A stretch of 64,000 nucleotides of DNA, from the NCBI GenBank assembly GCA_964035545.1, contig OZ037765.1, forward strand, positions 14,642,698 through 14,706,697, written 5' to 3'. The DNA comes from Bugula neritina. Lineage: Eukaryota > Animalia > Bryozoa. Within the stretch, counting starts at the first letter, position 1; each line of letters starts with the position of its first letter. Made by a program: the position numbers and the translations under genes. Below, one piece after another: positions 34,480 to 44,604 of the stretch. The notes beneath the pieces were generated by a model. That model worked only from the letters and a program-made list of their open reading frames with translations. It made no database searches and was not told where the DNA came from.

Positions 34480-37400
34480 CTTAACTACTATCACCTAGAC
34501 TGCTTTGGGCACGAGAAGGCGTGGTTTATTTACAAGGGTTGATCTTGATTGGTTAAGATAAGGTTCCGGCGGTGTCACCATAGTGTGTCAGGCAATACCG
34601 CAAGAGACTGCAGCATGGCTAACGTAGGTGTCCATCCTTGAGACATTAGCTGCATCATAATATAATGTACATAATAGGTCGGGGGTACTGAGAGGTATAC
34701 TTCCCACAGCCACTACATCCCTTCTCCAGCAGAAAACCAACTTTCTGATACATTCCAAAACGCAGGGAAGTATCAGTAAACTCTTTAAAAAACTATAAAC
34801 AAGTATTATTATAAATCACTATGAAAACAAATAACATGATTATTTATAAAAAAAACTATTGCTATGCAATTATATAGACTAAGAGATGTTATGGTAGGAT
34901 GAAAGAATTAGTTAAGAATCACAAACACTTTGTTTTGTAACCACTACAATACATATCAGAGTGTCACAGTCTCAAAAAAGAAGCTGTCACAGCGGTTATG
35001 AGTTGCCCGTATGGGCAGCAAAAGCTCCTAGAGTTTGCTGAGTCTCCTTTTTAGGCAGGTCGCAGAATTTCAGCTGGTTCAGCCTGCTGGTGGTGGCCAA
35101 CAGTTTGGGTGCAAGCTGGCCAAACCCAGTTTGTAGTTTGTGGTTACCTTGCTCAGCTTTGTGGATGGGGTCATTGGGGGTCCGACCAAAAGACCTGGCA
35201 CTTCTTGGTCTGCCTTAATAGGCCTAGTGTCCCTTAGAGAAGAAATTTGCTGAGGAGGCGATCGTCCAGCTGGCACTGGGTTTGTTCCCACACTGCGGTG
35301 CGCCGCTGGGCAATGAGTACGAGGCTGACAAAAAGATGCTTACTGGATAATCGGTTCCGATTGATCTGGTGCTAGAATTGGTCCCTTAGTGATAGGCTGG
35401 GTAGATGTAAGTTCCTGGGACAAGGTAGCTAAGTTCCTTGGGTTGTCGATCAATGGCTTGATAATGCCGAAACACTTTGGGAACATAAGCTTGTCAACTT
35501 GGAAGATGTATCCCTCATAGCAGCCGGTGGCCCACTGGTGGCAAGTAAGAAAGTGCTCATAGTAATCGTGTACTCCGCACAGGCAAACAGTCACCATAAA
35601 GTGCCAGAGCAAGTGGCATTTCAGGTCTCTGGTAGAACTGAACGTCTTCTGGTATAACTAAAAAGACGTGTTGTTGATGTCTCCTCAGGCAGCCTGTATT
35701 TGGAAATCAGTCACTGGGTTCACTCAATGCCACTGTTCGTAAAGAGAGTCGGGTAGTTTTTCATCTCGAGGTAAAGGGAGAGGAGAGTGTGGCTGCTCCG
35801 GTACTAGGCTGTCATCCCAGATAATTTCAGGTGAAATGGAGGCACCCGCAGTAGCAGGTCGAGTGGTATCTAAAAGAGTAGAAACAGGGTTAGATCCCTG
35901 AGGATCCCAATACTCTAATTCATGTAAAACCCAACTTTATACAATCTGAGGATCACTAACTTTCTCACTACTATAACCATAACCATCTCTGACTTGCTAA
36001 AGCCAATATGTCATTTGTGTCACATTAAGAATAGCATCCCGAGGATAGCATCCTCTTTGAGCTGGCTGAGTTTGATCACAGACTCAGCCAGTCAGCTCAA
36101 TGATGCGGTAGGAGAAAATGCATGACCCCGTTCACCAACATGCCATGTACCCCTTGGGTACAGCTCCAGGCCAGCATTATCTCCAGTGCTCAGGGTGTCA
36201 AAGGGCAGGCAGCTTAAAAAGTTAGTAGTACACCCTGAATCTAACAAGAAAGTGACAGCTTTGCGGGCCACCTTGCTGGGTAAGAAATAGCTGCCGCCAT
36301 AGGGTTGTATTCATACCCTCAATTTTTGCAGGTGACACTTTTCTAGCTCCGAACTTGGGCAAGGCCTGCACTCGATGGCTGCGGGAAGGTCTTCGAGGTT
36401 GCAAAAACTTCCTGCCAGACTCTAGGTCCTGCCTCTCTCATCTCCAGACTCTGGTTCTCGCAGCCTGCCAAAGCAATTTTGAAGCGGCACAGTAAGGGTA
36501 GCAGGCTGGCCATATGGCTTGCCACTTGCTGACAACTCTCCTGCAGTTGGGTTTTTACTTCTGGCCGACGGTAGGCAGATGTACCAGCCGTGAAGATGTA
36601 ACTTTCTCCGCGTCAATGGGCACTCCTTGCGGAGGTGTCCGCGACTACCACACTCCCAACAGGTGGTAGTCCAAGCCCTCAGTGGCCTCACCGCTGGGGA
36701 CTGAGTGAGCACCTCTACATGTTTCTCCACCATATCAGCTACCTGGGCCACTTTGAAGACTGTTGGAGACTTGGAGGTGACGGCAGCCACTCCCAGGTTG
36801 TTTTCTCGGTTTTATTGGGAGTAGTTGCCAACTCCATTTTGACCTGACAGAAATTCACGCGGCTCTTGTGTAGCTAGACCACCAACAATTAAACTTTGCC
36901 CTCCTTAAGTGTGTCTTTGACCGTCTGGTCCTCCGTCGCCACAGGCTGGTGATGGAGCCCAGGTCGTTGAGCAACTGCACAAAGGCGTCGAAGGTATACT
37001 GCTCACGGTTGACCGTGCACAATCTGAACCAGCCTTTTAATTGTGGCGGCATGTTCTTGCAGTGAAGTGCGTGGGTCACACCTCAACCTTTGCAAGCGGA
37101 CTCGGCGTCTACAGCAGAAAGGCTGAATCGAGCCCTTAGTGCAGCAAGGATGCTGCTGACATTGGGTCCTAACCCATAGGGTTTGGCCCTATCTGTCAAT
37201 GTCGGCTGCAGCTGTAACAAGAACATATGTGGTAGCCACTGAGTGACAGCCACTGTGTCACTGACTTTCTGAATAAACTGTTTTACATCCTCATTGCCGG
37301 TGAAGACAGGGGCTTTCAGGCAGTATCTGTCACCAAATAACCCCTGTGAGCCTCCTCGCCCCACGGCACCGGGCTTTCAAGAATATTATAATTTGCGGGC

Positions 37401-37680
37401 TCACCTTCATCCTGCTGTTGAGGTTGTACAGGTCTTTCAACTACGAAGGGAACTTCGTCGTTAGGTTCCGCCATCATAATCCTTTTTATTGTCCGGATAG
37501 CAGTTGCATTGGCACACAAGTATCTCACGGCTGCCACCACTGTTGTAGTATTGTATTCTACAATTACCGGCACAAGGAAGGCAAGAATCTTACCCAATCA
37601 TGTTTTGTTGCCCTCAAAATGTTGTGGCACCTTGAAGAGCTACACAATACTCTGTCTCGGAAGATTGGTGCGGACTAGAA
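34480..37680 (-). mobile_element. Old Gypsy copy C, internally deleted (gag, protease and ORF3 kept; RT/RNase H/IN lost)
   Basis: PBS-like sequence at 37522-37539; gag fragments 36422-37597 (CWECGSRGHLRKEC); protease remnant 36030-36320 runs almost directly into the ORF3 homologue 35340-35612; LTR end and PPT near 34717. Confidence 0.8.
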
Positions 37681-37709
37681 GACCTAAACCTGTGAATGAC
37701 TTGGCAAAG

Positions 37710-38545
37710 CAGTATAATAATACGCAATATAGTAAGACGCAGTATAGTAATCCTTCACCTTCACCTATCCCTTGGTCGGGATGACCGTTGGGGCACCACT
37801 GTAATGTGGTGTGTCTTGGGCAAGTAAGCTTGCGGCGCCCATCCCTCTCTAAGTTTCGCAATAGGATGCTAGTAATCCTGACTTAGCGCCAACCGTTGAC
37901 TCTTCAGAGTTCTTCCATTTGCCGCAGTGGTACCAAGCCGTTGACCCCAAGGGTTCTTCGGCCAAGGTGACCATCCAATGCCTTGCTGCCGACAGTTTTA
38001 TTGTAACCCTGGCAGGAGAGATAGTGGGGTTCTGGCCTTGCTCAAGGGTATCCCAGAGTGCAGTTTAACGTCATACCCAGGACTCAGTATAGTATAATAT
38101 ACTGTGTATTACTATACTGTCTATTACTGTACTGTGTATTCATATACTGAGTATATGAATACACAATACAGTAATAGACAGTATATTAGCGCACAGTGTA
38201 CTAATGCACAGTATAGTAATGCACAGTATAGTAATGCACAGTATATTAACACACAGTCTAGTAAAACAGTATAGTAATACAATATAGTAATAAAAAGTGA
38301 ATATTACACAGTCCAGTAATACATGGTATAAAAAAAGGTACAGTAATACACGGTATAGTAATAGACAATGTAGTAATACTCAGTGTAGTAATAGGCAGTA
38401 TAGTAACACACAGTATAGTAATACACAATATATTAATACACAGTACAGCACTAGACGGTATAGTAATATGCAGTATAGTATTACAGTATGGTGATACACA
38501 AAATAGTAATACGCAGTATAGTAATACACAGTATGGTAACACACA
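37710..38545. repeat. 15-bp minisatellite (CACAGTATAGTAATA-like), interrupted at 37752-38085
   Basis: Degenerate CAGTATAGTAAT units at 37710-37751 and 38086-38545. Confidence 0.85.
37752..38085 (-). mobile_element. Probable SINE or non-autonomous retroposon with an RTE/RTEX-like tail
   Basis: The minus strand ends GTGGTGCCCCAACGGTC..GGGATAGGTGAAGGTGAAGG (short tandem tail). GC-richer insert flanked by CAGTATAGTA on both sides. Confidence 0.45.
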
Positions 38546-39304
38546 CTGGATAGTTAAGGGCATCCTTACTAAGAACATCATAAATTTAGCTCACAATGTA
38601 GTCCAGGTTCTTGCTATAATATTGTTCTGTGGGTGGCATGCGTGTTGCCTGCCTGTGTAAGTTTAGCCTGATATTAGACTATGACCAATAAACAGCAAGC
38701 TCAATTAGGGCTGCATTATATATCAACATTCCATTGTGGCTACTCTATAAATTAAATTACACACCAAGCTATTCACTAGCTTGTAGGCTAGCAGGTCTAA
38801 AATTAGTAATGGACAAGCCAATATCTTCTCATCTCTACACGTTCACTGAAGCGCGAAGTGATGCGCAATGCTTATTAGTAAAGAAAAATTATCTAATTTT
38901 CAACGTATATATTACTAATTTATAGAAAATCTATAAAAGCTATTAGAAACATTACAAAAACCGCGCTGCAGAAATATCTCAGGAATTCAACAGTGTTTCC
39001 TTTTTTCAGATATTATGTTTTCCTACTGAGATATTTTACTGGAACTGACATGATGTTTTTTCAGCTAGAAATAAGAGGAAATGAGTAGTTTTTTGTCTGT
39101 AGCTTAGCCAAAAAATGGAAAATTGAAAATTCCAAAAAACCGCGTTGAGGAAAAAAGCTATCTACAACATAGTTTTTAAATTTTGATTCTAGCATAATTA
39201 GGTAAGATTTTATTTTACGGGGACTGATTTCTTATAATTATGATAACAATGCATCATCAGCAAGGCAGTTGCAGCTAAAAGGTTGCCCTTAACTATCCTG
39301 TGTA

Positions 39305-40273
39305 ATAAGCTGAAAAGTGCCTGAATGGGCTAAAAGGTGCCATAATGCATTAAAACGCGCCCAAGAGTACTACAATGAGCTAGATACGCAATTAGTTCAC
39401 CAATGTGCTAGAAAGTGCCCAAGTATGCTAAAAGGTGCCATAATGCACTAAAACGTGCCCAAAAGTACTACAGTGAGCTAATTATGCAATTATTACGCCA
39501 ATGTGCTGAAAAGTGCCTAAATACATGTGCTGAAGGGTGCCAAAACGCACTAAAACGTGCCCAAACATGCTACAATGGGCTAAATGTGCTTTATGTGTTC
39601 CTAATGTGCTGAAAAGTGTGCCAATAGTTGCACTAATGTGCGATAAAATGTGTAATTGTGCTAAATAGCGCCATAATGCACTAAAACACAACAAGATATA
39701 CTATAATAAGCTAAATACACAATTAGTACGCATATGTGCTGAAAAAAGCCTAATTCTGCTAAAAGGTGCCATAATAGACTAAAACACGCCAACAAGTACT
39801 AGAATGAGCTAAATACCCAATTAGTTCACCAATGTGCTAAAAAGTGTTTAATTGTGCTAAAAGGTGCCATAATGCACTAAAACGCGCCCAAAAGTACTAC
39901 AATGAGCTAAATACGCAATAAGTTCACCTTTGTGCTGAAAAGTGCCTAAATGTGCTAATCGGTGCATAAATGTACTGAAACGTGCCTAAATGTGCTACAA
40001 TGGGCTAAATGTGCATTATGTGTTCCTAATGTGGTGAAAAGTGTGCCAATTGTGGCACTAATGTGCTGAAAAGTGCTTAATTGTGTTGAAGGTGCCATAA
40101 TGCACTGAAACGTGCCCAAAAATACTACAATGAGCTAAATACGCAATTAGTTCAATGATGTGATAAAAAAAGTGCCTTAATTTGCTAAAAGGTGCCATAA
40201 TGCACTGAAACGAGCCCAAAAGTACTGCAATGAGCTAAGTACGCAATTAGTTCACCAATGTGTTAAAAGTACC
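39305..40273 (+). repeat. Satellite 1, complex domain (~79-bp units built from ~20-bp subunits)
   Basis: Recurrent GTGCTAAAAGGTGCCATAATGCACTAAAAC..TACTACAATGAGCTAAATACGCAATTAG; similar block at 43880-44600. Confidence 0.9.
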
Positions 40274-43200
40274 TCATCATCATCATCATCATCATCATTA
40301 GCTGTCCTTCGTGTCCGAAGATGACTTCCGGTGAATCATGGTCCTCCATTTACATCTGTCTTTGCTGAGAGATTGCCAGCTACCAATAGGGATCTTCAGG
40401 TCTTTTAGATTGCGTTTAACGGTATCTTTGAATCTCAGTCGCGGCCTGCCAACACCACGGGTGCCTTCTTTCAGTTGTGAATAGAGAATTTGTTTAGGTA
40501 ATCTAGAGTTATCCATTCGATGCACATGACCAGCCCATCTCAGGTTTTTTTGAATGAGTAGTTCATACATGCTGGGTAGATTTGCCTGTGCTAGAGTCTC
40601 CTCATTCGAGATGAAATCCCACCACTTCACGTTCAAGATCTGGCGTAGATGTCTCATCATATAGGTGTTGAATTTGTGAGCGGCTATCCTGTATACAGGC
40701 CAGGCCTCCGCTCCATAGAGCAGAGAGGACAGGACAATGGCTCTGTACACTGTACACTTGGTCTTGAATGACAGATCCTTATTGTACCACACTTTGGTCT
40801 TTAGTCTGCCGAATGAGATTGAAGCATTGGACATCCTTGTATGAATCTCTTCATCCATCTTGTTGTTGCACATCACTGTAGACCCAAGATATTTAAACTT
40901 ATTGACGTTGGCAAGGTCTTCATTATCTATGCAGATACTGTCACCACTGTCATGGGCTCCAGGTGCCGGTTGGTAGAGCGTTTCCGTTTTCTTGATATTG
41001 ATTTTCAGACCAAAAGCTTTGGAAGCTCTGGCGAATCTGTCGACTAATTCCTGTGCATCGCCATGGCTGTGTGCAACGAAGGCAGTGTCGTCAGCAAACA
41101 TGAGTTCTCTAACCAATACTTTCTGTGTTCTTGTTGTTGACTTGTATTGGTTCACATTGAACAGATCAGCTCCAGGTCTACTTTGAATCCAGACGCCTTT
41201 ATCACAGTTTTCAAATGCGTGCTGTAGAACAGCCGATAAGAAAATAGAGAATAGCGTTGGAGCCAACACACATCCTTGTTTCACACCATTGTTGACCTGG
41301 AACGGCTCAGATAACTCCTCCTTCAGCTTGACTGAGGCCTTCATGCCAGTATGGAGAGCGCTGATAAGATTGGTGAAGTGACTGGGAAAACCGAGTTTCT
41401 GTAAGATCTTCCACAGGGTCGCCCGATCAACAGTATCGAACGCTTTGGTGAAGTCAATGAAGACCATGTACAGGGGCATATTTTGCTCGATGCATTTTTC
41501 CTGTATCTGCTTCAGTGCAAATATCATATCTGCTGTTCCCCTTCCACTACGGAATCCACACTGAGTTTCGGGTAGGAAGTTTTCTGCATATGATGTCAGT
41601 CTATTTAGAAGGACACGAGCAAAAACTTTACCGGGAATTGAGAGCAGGGAGATACCTCTGTAGTTACCGCACAGCTTCCGATCACCTTTTTTGAAGATGG
41701 TTATAAGTTGGGCATCTTTCCAATCTTGAGGGACTACAGCAGTTTTCCATGCCTCCTTTATTATCTCATGGAGAGTACTTATTAGTTTGGGCCCTCCCCT
41801 TTTGATAACCTCCGGGTGAATGCCATCAGAGCCAGGTGATTTCCCTTCACTTAGCATCGAAGTTGCCTTGATGATCTCTTCAATATCTGGGCAATCGTCC
41901 ATCCAGTCCTGAATGGGAGCTTGTCTCAGGTTCTCAATGATGTTGTCATCAATATCTGGAGTCTCGTTTAGTAGCTTGCTGAAATGCTCTGTCCATCTCG
42001 CTAGAAGATCTTGTTTTTCTGTCAGGAGTGTTGAGCTGTCACTGGCCAGGAGCTGGTCAGGATGACTCACTCTTGGACCCCAAACAGTTTTCATGCTTTG
42101 GTAAAAGCCTTTCATGTCGTTAGTGTCAGCAAACCATTGCAGTTCAGCAGCTTTTGCCAACCACCAGTCGTTCTTGAGCTCCCTGCATCTTCCTGTGAGT
42201 TTTCTGCCAGCCATTCTAAACTTTGACTTGTTCGAGCGAGTATTCCTGGTTAACATGTCTGCTCTGGCCTTGTTTCTCTTCTGGATGAGTTCTTGAAGCT
42301 CATCATTATTCTCGTCAAACCAGTCCTCATGCTTCCTGCTGACAGTGCCGAGGTGCACTTTTGACTCTGCATAAACTATCTCTTTGAATGCTCTCCACTT
42401 ACTCTCCACGCCCTCTGGAGCAGAGTTCAGTTTCCCAGCAAGGGACTTTTCCAGTTCTTGTCTTACTTCCTCATTCTTAAGTCGAGAAACGTCCAGCTTC
42501 TGGCAAGGTGTTCTCCCTTTCTTCATTTTTCTCCTCACTCTGAGCTTAGCTTTTGACCTAATCATGATGTGGTCAGTACTGCAATTCGCCCCTCTCATCG
42601 CCCTTGTGTCTAGAATGTCTGGTAGATCACGTTGTCGTGTGATAACAAAGTCGATGAGATGCCAGTTCTTGCTTCTCGGGTGCATCCAAGAAAACTTGTG
42701 AGCTGGTCTATGCTTGAAGAAGGTGTTGGTAATGCACAGTTGATGTTCACTACAGACTGAGATCAGAAGTTCACCATTGGAGTTCAGGTTTCCGCAGCCA
42801 TACTTGCCTATCACACCGGGCCAGGTTGAGTGATCTTGTCCAACCCTAGCATTGAAGTCCCCCATGAGTAAGATCTTATCAGCTGCTGGGACTGATCTTA
42901 GAGCCTGATTCAGTTGGTCATAGAATCTGTTGATGTTTTCTTGGCTGTTTGTCATCGTGGGAGCATAGACAGCTATTACAGTGCACCATCGCTCATCAGA
43001 CAGAGGAACCCTGAGTGACATCAGTCTGTCGCTTATAGCCTTTGGCTCTTCGATTAGTCTCGAAACAAGTTCGTTCCTGATAGCAAGAGCCACGCCTGAC
43101 TCACTGCGCTCAGATGCAGTTTTGCCACTCCAATAAATGGTGTAGCCTGAATCTTCACGAATGTTACCTGTATCTTTGAATCTGATTTCACTCAGTGCTG

Positions 43201-43400
43201 CAATGTCGATGCCATACTTCTGTAGTTCAGATGAAATGATTGCACTTCTTCTCTCAGGTCTTTCTGTGTTCTCCCGGTCTAGCATTGTTCGTATGTTCCA
43301 TGATGCAAGGTTGAGTTTAGAATTTTGGACCTTTTTATCCTGGGCGACGTCCTGCCAGTATGATTTCGTGTTCATTTTTCTTTTCATGATTCAATCGGAT
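40274..43400 (-). mobile_element. RTE-clade non-LTR retrotransposon with a complete ORF and (TGA)n tail
   Basis: Single APE-RT ORF; (TGA)8 tail at 40274-40297 directly after the stop codon; 5' end about 13 nt upstream of the ATG. Confidence 0.93.
40298..43387 (-). CDS. AP endonuclease-reverse transcriptase (1029 aa)
   Basis: SWNIRT, LSEIR, VYAPT, GDFNARVG, IDFV, TDH (APE); QCGFR, DFTKAFD, GVKQGCVLAP, MFADD, FKYLGS (RT); LRWAGHV. Confidence 0.96.
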   Translation of the reverse strand: MKRKMNTKSYWQDVAQDKKVQNSKLNLASWNIRTMLDRENTERPERRSAIISSELQKYGIDIAALSEIRFKDTGNIREDSGYTIYWSGKTASERSESGVALAIRNELVSRLIEEPKAISDRLMSLRVPLSDERWCTVIAVYAPTMTNSQENINRFYDQLNQALRSVPAADKILLMGDFNARVGQDHSTWPGVIGKYGCGNLNSNGELLISVCSEHQLCITNTFFKHRPAHKFSWMHPRSKNWHLIDFVITRQRDLPDILDTRAMRGANCSTDHIMIRSKAKLRVRRKMKKGRTPCQKLDVSRLKNEEVRQELEKSLAGKLNSAPEGVESKWRAFKEIVYAESKVHLGTVSRKHEDWFDENNDELQELIQKRNKARADMLTRNTRSNKSKFRMAGRKLTGRCRELKNDWWLAKAAELQWFADTNDMKGFYQSMKTVWGPRVSHPDQLLASDSSTLLTEKQDLLARWTEHFSKLLNETPDIDDNIIENLRQAPIQDWMDDCPDIEEIIKATSMLSEGKSPGSDGIHPEVIKRGGPKLISTLHEIIKEAWKTAVVPQDWKDAQLITIFKKGDRKLCGNYRGISLLSIPGKVFARVLLNRLTSYAENFLPETQCGFRSGRGTADMIFALKQIQEKCIEQNMPLYMVFIDFTKAFDTVDRATLWKILQKLGFPSHFTNLISALHTGMKASVKLKEELSEPFQVNNGVKQGCVLAPTLFSIFLSAVLQHAFENCDKGVWIQSRPGADLFNVNQYKSTTRTQKVLVRELMFADDTAFVAHSHGDAQELVDRFARASKAFGLKINIKKTETLYQPAPGAHDSGDSICIDNEDLANVNKFKYLGSTVMCNNKMDEEIHTRMSNASISFGRLKTKVWYNKDLSFKTKCTVYRAIVLSSLLYGAEAWPVYRIAAHKFNTYMMRHLRQILNVKWWDFISNEETLAQANLPSMYELLIQKNLRWAGHVHRMDNSRLPKQILYSQLKEGTRGVGRPRLRFKDTVKRNLKDLKIPIGSWQSLSKDRCKWRTMIHRKSSSDTKDS

Positions 43401-44604
43401 TATGCTGACAAGTGTCTGAATGTGCTAAAAGTGGCTAAATGTGCTAAAAAGTGCCTAAATGTGCTAAAAAGTGCCTAAAAGTGCTAAAAGTGGCTGAATG
43501 TGCTAAAAAGTGCCTCAATGTGCTAAAAAGTGCCTAAATGTGCTAAAAAGTGCTTGAATGTGCTAAAAAGTGCCTAAATGAGCCAAAAAGTGCCTAAATG
43601 TGCTAAAAAGTCACTAAATGTGCTAAAAAGTGCCTGAATGTGCTAAAAGTGGCTAAATGTGCTAAAAAGAGCCTAAATGTGCTAAGAAGTGCCTAAATGT
43701 GCTAGAAAGTGCCTAAAAGTGCTAAAAAGTGCCTAAACGTGCTAAAAAGTGACTAAATGTGCTAAAAAGTGCCTAAATCTGCTAAAAAATGCTTAAATGT
43801 GCTAAAAGTGGCTAAATGTGCTATAAAGTACCTAAATGTGTTAAAAAGTACCTAAATGTGCTAAAAAGTGCCTAAATGTGCTAAAAAGTGCCATAATGCA
43901 CTAAAACGTGCCGAAAAGTACTACAGTGAGCTAATTATGCAATTAGTACGCCAATGTGCTGAAAAGTGCCTAAATGTGCTGAAGGGTGCCAAAACGCACT
44001 AAAACGCGTCCAAATGTGCTACAGTGGGCTGAATGTGGTTTATGTGTTCCTAATGTGCTGAAAAATGTGCCAATAGTTGCACTAATGTGCAACAAAAAGT
44101 GTAATTGTGCTAAATAGCGCCATAATGCACTAAAACACAACAAAACGTACTATAATATGCTAAGTACACATTTAGTATTCCAATGTGCTGAAAAAAGCCT
44201 AATTGTGCTAAAACGTGCCATAATGCACTAAAACACGCCAAAAAGAACTACAATGAGCTAAATACGTAATTAGTTCACATATGTGCTAAAAAGTGCCTAA
44301 TTGTGCTAAAAGGTGCCATAATGCACAAAAACGAGCCCAAAAGTACTACAATGAGCTAAATACGCAATTAGTTCACAAATGTGCTAAAAAGTGCCTATAT
44401 GTGCTGAAAGGTCCAGAATGCACTAAAACGAGCCCAAAAATACTGCAATGAGCTAAATACGCAATTAGTTCACCAATGTGCTAAAAAGTGCCTAATTGTG
44501 CAAAAAGGTGCCACAATGCACCGAAACACGTCCAAAAGTACTACAATGAGCTAAATACGCAATTATTTCACCAATGTGCTAAAAAGTGCGTAATTGTGCT
44601 AAAA
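43401..44604 (+). repeat. Satellite 1, A-rich orientation: (AAATGTGCTAAAAAGTGCCT)n then complex units
   Basis: Tandem 19-20-mers at 43401-43880, then ~79-bp units. Confidence 0.93.
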
